Positions 27,445-35,209 of a stretch of DNA of 37,094 bases are shown here, piece after piece. How positions within the stretch are numbered: position 1 is the stretch's first letter; each line of letters begins with the position of its first letter. The stretch covers positions 1 through 37,094 of the forward strand of contig JAYVQD010000074.1 in assembly GCA_043777275.1 (NCBI GenBank), read 5' to 3'. The translations under genes were made by a program, and so were the position numbers. The DNA comes from Nitrosomonadales bacterium (GTDB lineage Bacteria > Pseudomonadota > Gammaproteobacteria > Burkholderiales > SG8-41). Below the pieces are notes generated by a model. The model was not told where the DNA came from. It saw only the letters and a list, made by a program, of their open reading frames with translations, and ran no database searches.

Positions 27445-28412
27445 TTCCCTTTCGCGCCCGACGCTTTTACCGCGGCCGCCCATTTTGTGATTTCGAGCGG
27501 CATTAGTTTGGTGAGTTCATCCGGCGAACCGGCGACGATATCGACGCCCTGTTCGGTCAGGCGCTTAACGATATCGGGCGCTTGTATCGATTTGCTGAAC
27601 GCGGCGTGCAGCTTTAGCACCACATCGCGCGGCATGCCGGTCGGCCCCATCAGCGCATACCAGCCGCTGGATTCAAAACCCGGAATGGTTTCGGCGACGG
27701 TCGGTACTTGCGGTAACGTGGTGGTTCGTTTCGCGCCGCAGGTGGCGATGGCGCGCAGTTTGCCTGACTGGATAAACTGTATCGTGGCCAGCGTGGTGTT
27801 CACCTGAAATTGCACATGGCCCGCGATAATGTCGTTCAACGCCAGCCCCGCGCCTTTGTAGGGGATATTGAGCACGTCAATCTTCGCTGCCGCGCGCAGC
27901 ATTTCAACCGCGAGAAATGCCGACGTGCCGCCGGAGGTGCCGGCGGTCAGTTGGCCTGGGCGCGCCTTCGCCAGCGCAATGAATTCCTTCACGTTGCTCA
28001 CCGGCAATGACGGATGCGTGAGCAGCACGTTCTGCGTCAACGCCAACTGGCTGATCATGGTGAAATCACGCACCGGATCGAAATTGAGTTTGGCGAACAG
28101 GCTCGGATTGATCGCGTGCGGCGTGGTGGCCATCAACACGGTGTAACCATCCGGTGCGGAACGCGCCACCAACTCCGTGCCGATGTTGGTGGAAGCGCCG
28201 GCGCGATTTTCGATAATCATGTTTTGCCCAAGATTTTCAGTCAGCTTCGCACTCAACATCCGCGACAGAATATCCGTGCCGCCGCCCGGCGCGGCCGGCA
28301 CGATGATGCGTATGGCTTTGGCAGGGAAGGTTTGCGCGAGCGCGTTTCCCATCACCAGCAGCCACGTGACGCTGCACAACGTTTTGATCGAAGCACGTAA
28401 GGCGGTTTTCAT
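27441..28412 (-). CDS. Bug/TctC family substrate-binding protein
   Basis: FPAKAIRIIVPAAPGGGTD, ENRAGA, APDGYT, IPYKG. Converges on the HIT gene with a 4-nt TTAA overlap. Confidence 0.93.
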   Translation of the reverse strand: MKTALRASIKTLCSVTWLLVMGNALAQTFPAKAIRIIVPAAPGGGTDILSRMLSAKLTENLGQNMIIENRAGASTNIGTELVARSAPDGYTVLMATTPHAINPSLFAKLNFDPVRDFTMISQLALTQNVLLTHPSLPVSNVKEFIALAKARPGQLTAGTSGGTSAFLAVEMLRAAAKIDVLNIPYKGAGLALNDIIAGHVQFQVNTTLATIQFIQSGKLRAIATCGAKRTTTLPQVPTVAETIPGFESSGWYALMGPTGMPRDVVLKLHAAFSKSIQAPDIVKRLTEQGVDIVAGSPDELTKLMPLEITKWAAAVKASGAKGN

Positions 28413-28457
28413 TGGGCAGAATGTATCCGGGAAATTAAATTATAAAAAGTTCAATAA

Positions 28458-28470
28458 AAACAAATACTTA
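28458..28470 (+). promoter_or_regulatory. IHF-like box AAACAAATACTTA in divergent promoter region
   Basis: Identical 13-mer preceded by an A-tract, between the divergent bug and NHL genes. Confidence 0.5.
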
Positions 28471-28600
28471 TGACAGTGCGACCTACTGTGCCGTCAGGCG
28501 CGTGCCGCGCTATTTGCATGGCAGGACTGTAGCCTGAGTTCGTTACAATGCAAAGAACCAACGCACCGATTTGTCCGCATCAATCAACAGGGAGCCCGCT

Positions 28601-29572
28601 ATGTCAGTCATTCTCGGCAGTGGTGAACACCGTTACGAAGTCATCGACCACTGGGCCAAGTTGCCCGATGGCTGGTCGTTCAAGGACGTGGGCGCGGTTG
28701 CCACCGACAGCAAAGATCAGGTTTATGTATTCAACCGCGGCGAGCACCCGATGATGGTGTTCGACCGCGACGGCAACTTTCTGCGCTCGTGGGGCGAGGG
28801 CCAGTACCCGCGTGCGCACGGCCTGCACATAGACGCAGACGACACGCTGTATCTCACCGACGACGGCGGCCACGTGGTGCGCAAATGCACGACGATGGGC
28901 AAAATCCTGATGGAGATCGGCACCCCCGGCAAACCCACGCCGTATATGAGCGGCCTGCCGTTTCACCGCTGCACGCATACCGCGTTATCGCCCACCGGTG
29001 ATATTTATGTCTCCGACGGTTACGGCAACGCCAAGGTGCATAAATATTCACCGGACGGCAAACTGATTAAATCATGGGGCGAGCCGGGCACCGACCCCGG
29101 CCAGTTCAACATCGTGCATAACATCGTCACCGACCGCGACGGCTGGGTGTATGTCGCTGACCGCGAAAACCACCGCGTGCAGGTGTTCGATGGCAATGGC
29201 AAATACGAAGCGCAGTGGAACAACATGCATCGGCCCTGCGGATTGTTTTGCAATCTGGGCAATCCCGGCGCACAGCCGGAATTTATCATCGGGGAACTCG
29301 GCTCCGGTGCGCGTGTGAATCGATTGCATCCGAACATTGGCCCGCGCATCAGCATCGTTGATAAAAAAGGCACGGTAATCTCGCGCCTCGGCGGGCAGAA
29401 CGGCCCCGGCAACGTCACCGGAAAATTCATCGCCCCGCATGGCGTGGCGCTGGATCGGCATGGGGATATTTATGTGGGTGAGGTGAGCTTCACCGATTGG
29501 CCGACCACGCATCCGGATGAACCGATTCCGGCTAACTTGCGGTCTTTGCAGAAGTTGCGGAAGGTGAAATGA
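28601..29572 (+). CDS. NHL-repeat beta-propeller, peptidyl-alpha-hydroxyglycine alpha-amidating lyase-like family
   Basis: GGGAG RBS. VYVFNRGEHP, AHGLHID, YVSDGYGNAKVHKY, YVADRENHRVQVFD, PHGVALD. Confidence 0.9.
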   Translation: MSVILGSGEHRYEVIDHWAKLPDGWSFKDVGAVATDSKDQVYVFNRGEHPMMVFDRDGNFLRSWGEGQYPRAHGLHIDADDTLYLTDDGGHVVRKCTTMGKILMEIGTPGKPTPYMSGLPFHRCTHTALSPTGDIYVSDGYGNAKVHKYSPDGKLIKSWGEPGTDPGQFNIVHNIVTDRDGWVYVADRENHRVQVFDGNGKYEAQWNNMHRPCGLFCNLGNPGAQPEFIIGELGSGARVNRLHPNIGPRISIVDKKGTVISRLGGQNGPGNVTGKFIAPHGVALDRHGDIYVGEVSFTDWPTTHPDEPIPANLRSLQKLRKVK

Positions 29573-29643
29573 GGGTGAAGTGAGGGCGAAGTAGTCTTAT
29601 GGTTTTTCTCGGCATCGGGCGTCATCAAATGCATCCCAAATAC

Positions 29644-29670
29644 CGTCATTCCCGCGCAGGCGGGAATCCA
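29644..29670 (+). repeat. CGTC-type REP / dRS3-like palindrome, single copy
   Basis: CGTCATTCCCGCGCAGGCGGGAATCCA fits ATTCCC-N8-GGGAAT preceded by CGTC. Confidence 0.75.
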
Positions 29671-29756
29671 TAACACAGCGTCGAGTGGCACAACTCTTCG
29701 GGTGGACGCGCAATGGAATGAATGCGCTTTATAGTCGAAGCAGACAGGAGGCTTGA

Positions 29757-30128
29757 ATGAACGAACCCGTGACCCTGCGGCTCGACGCCAGCACTCGCAA
29801 GCGGCTGGATCAGATCGCCAAGACAGTGCGACGTAACCGAGCGGCTTTGGCGGCAGAAGCCGTGCGGCAATTCGTGGAGTTAAACGAGCGGCAGATCGCC
29901 GCCATTCAAGAAGGTATTAACCAAGCTGATAGCGGCCAGTTCATAGAGCATGCAATACTGAAAGGTGAATGGGAGAAAAAAAATCGCGGCGGGCGACGCG
30001 GATATCGCGGATGGGCGATTGCTGACTACGGAGCAGGTATTTGCGGCGGTCACGAAGCAGCGAGCCAAGCGCGTCGGCAAAGCAAGAAAAGCGGTTTGAG
30101 TATTATCGACGTTAACTTCTTCGCTTGA
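29757..30128 (+). pseudogene. CopG/ribbon-helix-helix antitoxin-like gene, disrupted or chimeric at an A8 run; no intact toxin
   Basis: VTLRLD...RLDQIAK...R..LAAEAVRQFVE...IQEGINQADSG is a typical RHH antitoxin. After the A8 run (29976-29983) the +1 frame encodes a second antitoxin-like tail ending at TGA 30097-30099. Confidence 0.7.
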
Positions 30129-30154
30129 AAGTGCTTACGTTCCCTGTGTTGTCG

Positions 30155-30180
30155 CCCTAAGCCGGCTAAGGGAGTACAAT
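30155..30180 (+). promoter_or_regulatory. Putative promoter of the methyltransferase operon with an 18-bp near-palindromic operator before a TACAAT -10
   Basis: CCCTAAGCCGGCTAAGGG (30155-30172; 16/18 self-complementary), then AG, then TACAAT (30175-30180). Confidence 0.45.
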
Positions 30181-30240
30181 TCTCGAATATCTCCTTGGCT
30201 TGAGATGACAATTTAGGCAAATTTAAATTTGGAGTTTTAA

Positions 30241-31443
30241 TTGGGCAAAGTCCTGAAAATTACCATCCGACAGCCTCACAAATATTATGCCGTTGATAAG
30301 CTGCCGCCAAAGACCGTAGTGGAGTTCTTCGCGGGAATTGGCCTTATGCGAATGGGTTTGGAAAAAGCAGGATGGAAGACGATACTTGCCAACGACATTG
30401 ATCCACTCAAGTTGGAAATGTATAGTTGTCAATTTGGAGATGAGATTAATCATTTCATTCTTCGCGACATTCATAAATTAACCCCCGAAGAAATTCCTAC
30501 TGCCACGCTCGCTACGGCTTCGTTCCCATGCACGGATTTGTCGCTTGCGGGTGGGCGTAAAGGGCTATCCGGGGCTCAATCTTCCGCGTTCTGGGGATTT
30601 ATCAATGTGATTAAAGCTATGGGACGCAGACGCCCTCGATTTTTGCTAATCGAAAATGTCACAGGTTTTTTGACTTCGCACCAAGGCAAGGATTTTCAAG
30701 AGGCGTTGCTTGCGCTGAACAAATTAGGCTATGGAGTAGACCCGTTCATAATCGACGCTGCGAGATTTGTACCGCAAAGCCGGCAGCGGCTATTCGTGGC
30801 AGGCGTACTACGTGACGGAAGATCAGCAGAATCTAAGAGAAGTTTTGGATTCTATGAAAGTGAGGCTCGCCCGAAAGCGCTTGCAGATTTCATATTCAAC
30901 CATCCCGAAATTGATTGGGCGTTGGTGAATTTGCCGCCTCTACCCAAATTACGCATGGTGGTGGACGACATTTTGGAGGATTTGCCGGCGAGCTCAGAAT
31001 CGTGGTGGAGCCTGGATCGCGTAGATTATTTGCTTGCGCAAATGAGCATCAAACACCGCGCGATAGCCGATAAGATGATACGCACTCGACGTTGGTCTTA
31101 CGGAACCGTTTTCCGGAGAGTGCGTAATGAAAAATCAATGGCGGAACTTCGCGTTGACGGAATTGCTGGATGTTTACGTACACCCAAGGGTGGAAGCGGG
31201 CGGCAGATATTGTTCAAGGGTGGTTATGGTAAAGCGATGGCGCGTTTACTGTCGCCACGCGAATGCGCGCGGCTGATGGGCGCTGATGATTTCAAAATTG
31301 AAGCGCCGCTCAATCAGGCATTGTTTGGCTTCGGGGACGCGGTCTGCGTCTCCGTTGTTGAGTGGATTGCTAAGAATTATTTTGATCCGCTTATCGCGAT
31401 GTCTGGTAGCTATATGGCACCCCAAGAGTTGGCGACTGCATGA
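30241..31443 (+). CDS. dcm: DNA (cytosine-5)-methyltransferase
   Basis: Motif I EFFAGIG, IV SFPCTDLS, VI IENVTG, VIII PQSRQR, IX RLLSPRECARLMG, X FGDAV. TTG start 6 nt after GGAG. Confidence 0.95.
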   Translation: MGKVLKITIRQPHKYYAVDKLPPKTVVEFFAGIGLMRMGLEKAGWKTILANDIDPLKLEMYSCQFGDEINHFILRDIHKLTPEEIPTATLATASFPCTDLSLAGGRKGLSGAQSSAFWGFINVIKAMGRRRPRFLLIENVTGFLTSHQGKDFQEALLALNKLGYGVDPFIIDAARFVPQSRQRLFVAGVLRDGRSAESKRSFGFYESEARPKALADFIFNHPEIDWALVNLPPLPKLRMVVDDILEDLPASSESWWSLDRVDYLLAQMSIKHRAIADKMIRTRRWSYGTVFRRVRNEKSMAELRVDGIAGCLRTPKGGSGRQILFKGGYGKAMARLLSPRECARLMGADDFKIEAPLNQALFGFGDAVCVSVVEWIAKNYFDPLIAMSGSYMAPQELATA

Positions 31444-32387
31444 CGACGCTCGAACCTCTGAATAAGTGGTACGCGAGCCTTAATGTATATAAAGGCGGTT
31501 TTCCTGCTAGAGGAACTTTAGCGGGTGCTTTGGCTGTTACGGAGCGACTCAAGCAAAAATTCAAGCTTGATCTTGCGTTCCACACGGCTAAAGGTGGCAC
31601 ACAAGTCAAAGGGGCAAGTGGCGCGGCGGTTGGGAAAATCCTCGCACAATTGGGAGAGCATCGGAAATTCCTCAAAGAGGGTGGTCGCACCAATCGGGGT
31701 TTACGAGCGGAAATAGGTGCTTTCCTGGACGCTATCGATAAACTTGGTTTAGCGGGTTTGTCCAGCGAAAAGCGCGTGGTCGCGCTTGAAGACATTCAGC
31801 GCTTCTTGCTTGCTCGAGTGCGGGATTTTTTCAGCCGCGAACGGATTAAGTTCGTTTTTACAACTGAAAAAAGCACAGCCAATTTGATCGGCGATATTCT
31901 AGCCGTTTCACGTGTCAGTGGTAAGGAAGGACCAGTTGCGCAGTATTTGGTTGGGGCCAAGCTGCAATTGCGCTTTCCGAGCATCTCTATCTCGAATGAC
32001 TCTTATGCGGCGGCAGATGAGCAAACCGGAAGGCTGGGCGACTTTACGGTTCAAGACACCGCATTTCATGTGACTGTGGCGCCAATGACGGCCGTTTTTG
32101 AAAAATGCGTAACCAACCTTAACGAAGGCAAAAACGCATTCCTACTTGTTCCGGCGCGTAGTGTCGAAGGCGCGAGACAGAATGCCGATAATATTGCGAG
32201 CGGAAGAATCGACGTCTCGGCGATTGAGTCATTTGTTGGCTTTAACGTCAATGAAATAGCCATGTTTGGCAAGGGTGCATCCACGAAGGCGCTGCTGAAA
32301 CTTCTGGAGATTTACAACGCACGAGTGAAAGAGGTCGAAACGGATTTATCGTTAATGATCGAAATCCCTAAAAATCTCGGTGCCTGA
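31440..32387 (+). CDS. DUF4928-like protein, candidate restriction endonuclease/effector
   Basis: G.QV.G...AV.KIL...EGGRTNRG, QYLVGAKL, AD...GR.GDF...FHVT, RIDV..IE.FV..N..E match my recollection of DUF4928. ATGA overlap with the MTase stop. Confidence 0.75.
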   Translation: MTTLEPLNKWYASLNVYKGGFPARGTLAGALAVTERLKQKFKLDLAFHTAKGGTQVKGASGAAVGKILAQLGEHRKFLKEGGRTNRGLRAEIGAFLDAIDKLGLAGLSSEKRVVALEDIQRFLLARVRDFFSRERIKFVFTTEKSTANLIGDILAVSRVSGKEGPVAQYLVGAKLQLRFPSISISNDSYAAADEQTGRLGDFTVQDTAFHVTVAPMTAVFEKCVTNLNEGKNAFLLVPARSVEGARQNADNIASGRIDVSAIESFVGFNVNEIAMFGKGASTKALLKLLEIYNARVKEVETDLSLMIEIPKNLGA

Positions 32388-32454
32388 TGTTGTCGCAATA
32401 GGGATGGCAGGCGGACTCAGGGTAGGGTAGAAAACTTTTGATTCCGGTCTGGCG

Positions 32455-32859
32455 ATGGTAGATATTTTTGACAAGGCCGCACGTAGTCTGATCATGTCCC
32501 GCGTCAAAGGAAAAGACACGGAACCTGAGATGGCGGTCAGGAAAATCGCGTTTGGCTTGGGCTATAGGTATCGTTTGCATTGCGCACATCTTCCGGGCAA
32601 GCCGGACTTAGTCTTTCCACGACTTCGCAAAGTCATATTTGTGCATGGCTGTTTCTGGCATCGACATGGATGCGCGAACGCTACTACGCCTACTTCGAAT
32701 ATCGAATATTGGCTGCCAAAATTCGCGAAGAATATTCAGCGGGATAAGCGAAATTCTCGCAGCCTGAAGCAGCTTGGCTGGAAGTGCTTAGTCATTTGGG
32801 AGTGCCAGATCAAACATCACGCGCGCGTGACTGATCGTATAAGCCGATTTCTTTCGTAA
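32455..32859 (+). CDS. vsr: Very short patch repair endonuclease
   Basis: RSLIMSRVKGKDTEPE, LPGKPDLVF, IFVHGCFWHRH, YWLPKF..N..RD, LGW..LVIWECQ. Confidence 0.96.
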   Translation: MVDIFDKAARSLIMSRVKGKDTEPEMAVRKIAFGLGYRYRLHCAHLPGKPDLVFPRLRKVIFVHGCFWHRHGCANATTPTSNIEYWLPKFAKNIQRDKRNSRSLKQLGWKCLVIWECQIKHHARVTDRISRFLS

Positions 32860-32916
32860 CTGGTACCGACTGATCGCCGATTGACTGCGGCACTTTTCCA
32901 ACGGGTGCGAGCGCAC

Positions 32917-33996
32917 TTATCTTGCGGCGACTAAGGCCTGAATTCCCTGATCCACAACCCGAAGCCCGGCGTCAATCACCTGCTTCCGCCAAGTCACTGA
33001 CTCAGGACAAAAACACTCCCGAAGTTCTTCCTTTGCCCTGAGGTAATCCGGGCTATCCGGCGCGCAATAGTGATGCGCGCGATTCTCGGCGCGCAGTGCG
33101 GCGAGTACGCGGATCACGTCATAGGTGCCAAACTCCGCGCCCGCGAAGCGATAATCCCGCGTTCGGAAATGATGCTGCATCCACGGACCAAATTCACCGG
33201 AGACGCGGTACGCCATGCCGTCAGGCTTTGTGAGCGGTTCGATATGATCTGCTCCGAATGTTTCGGCGTACCAATCGCGGCGCTCCGAATAGGCTGATTC
33301 CGTGAGCAGCAGCTTATAGTTTCCGTGTGGGCCCAAGCCAGTGTGCAGGTCTATATGCACGATGTGCCGGGACGCCGCCAACCATGAGTCGCAATTGTCT
33401 TGCACGATTTTCGTCGAGGCACACGGCTTTTTCCCGCCGTAAAAAAGCCCGCGTGGATATTCGTACTGGCCGCGCGCGACGGTCTCTTTTAATGCGGGCA
33501 AGCCCATACGCCAGATTTTCCAAAGCGCTTTGGCTTTGAAGGGTTCAAACCTTGACGGCGGGGATTCGGGATTCAGCAGGCCATTGAGTCCGGCATAACC
33601 GCTTGGGGCGCCAGCGTAATCATCGGCGCTCGCCATGAAATTACGATTCAGATCGACATTGCCTTCGTTGACGCGGCGCAGGTGCGCGAAGCCGTAGGGG
33701 TTGACGGCGTGAATCAGCACATAGCGAATGCCTTGCTTATCGTTCGTTGCTTTGAGGCGTTCAAGCAACGCAAGTTGCACCGCCGAGCCGAAAAAGCCTT
33801 CGACGCCGTGAACGCCCGATGACACCACCAGCGCGGGGTCGCTTTCCGCGCCGACAATCGCGACGTCGATGGTAAGATTTTCCTCTGCGGCGGCATCGAT
33901 GACATACGAATGCACTGTGGCGTCAACCGCGCGGGCGGCCTCGATGAATCTACGCCGGGCCTCTGCGTACGACCGCGAGAAATATCGTTCGCTCAC
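32917..33996 (-). CDS. M14-like zinc metallopeptidase / DUF2817 family protein
   Basis: FSRSYAEARRRF, SGVHGVEGFFGS (HxxE), NPYGF, NVDLNRNF, DLHTGLG, EFGT. Confidence 0.85.
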   Translation of the reverse strand: MSERYFSRSYAEARRRFIEAARAVDATVHSYVIDAAAEENLTIDVAIVGAESDPALVVSSGVHGVEGFFGSAVQLALLERLKATNDKQGIRYVLIHAVNPYGFAHLRRVNEGNVDLNRNFMASADDYAGAPSGYAGLNGLLNPESPPSRFEPFKAKALWKIWRMGLPALKETVARGQYEYPRGLFYGGKKPCASTKIVQDNCDSWLAASRHIVHIDLHTGLGPHGNYKLLLTESAYSERRDWYAETFGADHIEPLTKPDGMAYRVSGEFGPWMQHHFRTRDYRFAGAEFGTYDVIRVLAALRAENRAHHYCAPDSPDYLRAKEELRECFCPESVTWRKQVIDAGLRVVDQGIQALVAAR

Positions 33997-34005
33997 ATCA
34001 CGCGC

Positions 34006-34998
34006 TCAATTCGCCCGTATCCCCGCCTCTTTAACCACCTTCGCCCAGGTCTGCACGTCCGTGGCGATCTGCACGGCCAGTTCCTTGGGCGTGCTGCCCG
34101 CGGGCTCCGCGCCCATGTCGGCAAGCCGGGTCTGCACGTCGGGTTTCTTGAAAATATTCACCATTTCGCTGTTGAGCTTGGCGATGATGGGTTGCGGTAC
34201 TTTCAGCGGGGCGACCATGCCGTACCATTCGCGCATTTCCAGCCCCGCCGGCAGCGGCAAGCCGGCTTCGGCGATGGTGGGTATGTCAGGCAACGCGCTT
34301 GAACGCTTGGCGCTGGTGACGACGACTGCGCGCAGGCGCTTGGACTGTATCAACGGCATCGCCGAGGGCACCGAGGCGAAGGCGAAGGTGACTTCGCCCG
34401 CGGCGACCGCCACCAGCGCGGGGCCGCCACCCTTGAACGGCACATGGGTCATGTTGGTGCCGGTCAGTCGCTTGAAGACTTCTCCCGCCAGGTGATGCAG
34501 CGAGCCGTTGCCGGATGATGCGTTGGACACCTGCCCCGGTTTTTCTTTGGCCAGCCGAATCAGATCCTGCAGGTTGTTCACGGGGGAATTCTGCGGCACC
34601 ACGATGGCGTTGGTGACCCACGCCAGCAGGGAGATGGCCGCGAACCCGGTGGCGGTGTCGTAAGGCAGCTTGTCGTAGGTGCTGGCGCTGACGGTAAACG
34701 GCCCGCTGGGAACCATCATCAGGGTGTAACCGTCGGGCGTGGCCTTATGCACCATGTCGGCGGCGATGGTGCCGCCCGCGCCGCCGCGGTTATCGATCAC
34801 CACCGGCTGCCCCCATGCGGGCGTGAGCTGCGCGCTCAGGATGCGCGCGAGAATGTCGGTCGCGCCGCCGGGCGGAAAGCCGACAACAATGCGGATCGGC
34901 TTGGCCGGGTAATTGGCCGCGGCATCTTGGGCAGATACGCCTGATGCGCCAAAAATAGCGGTAGAGATTGCCAGTGCCGTAAGTGCTTGCTTTTGCAT
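34006..34998 (-). CDS. Bug/TctC family substrate-binding protein
   Basis: YPAKPIRIVVGFPPGGATD, DNRGGAGG, PDGYTL, SSGNGSLHHLAGE, HVPFKGG. Start MQKQAL at 34998. Confidence 0.93.
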   Translation of the reverse strand: MQKQALTALAISTAIFGASGVSAQDAAANYPAKPIRIVVGFPPGGATDILARILSAQLTPAWGQPVVIDNRGGAGGTIAADMVHKATPDGYTLMMVPSGPFTVSASTYDKLPYDTATGFAAISLLAWVTNAIVVPQNSPVNNLQDLIRLAKEKPGQVSNASSGNGSLHHLAGEVFKRLTGTNMTHVPFKGGGPALVAVAAGEVTFAFASVPSAMPLIQSKRLRAVVVTSAKRSSALPDIPTIAEAGLPLPAGLEMREWYGMVAPLKVPQPIIAKLNSEMVNIFKKPDVQTRLADMGAEPAGSTPKELAVQIATDVQTWAKVVKEAGIRAN

Positions 34999-35074
34999 GA
35001 TGTGACTCCAATAGACTGCATTATTCATGAAGGCGATGCTCATTGATACCGTGTCGGACGACAACGCAAATGCC

Positions 35075-35167
35075 TCACCGCAGAGGCGCGGAGGCGCAGA
35101 GGTTTCGCAGAGAAGCCCCGCGAATTTCTCTGCGGTTGTTCTCCGCGCCTCTGCGCCTCTACGGTGA
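35075..35167. repeat. Long imperfect inverted repeat built of CGCAGAG units (REP/MITE-like hairpin)
   Basis: TCACCGCAGAGGCGCGGAGGCGCAGAG (35075-35101) pairs with 35141-35167. Inner arms are CGCAGAGAA / TTCTCTGCG. Confidence 0.8.
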
Positions 35168-35209
35168 ATGGTTTTTCGTGAATCATCCAGAATAGCGAGA
35201 GGTGAAAAA

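Noticed and set aside
29686-29701. TGGCAC-N5-TTCG as a sigma-54 promoter
   Set aside because: The -12 element is TTCG rather than TTGC; similar partial matches at ~10426 and ~18250 also fail.
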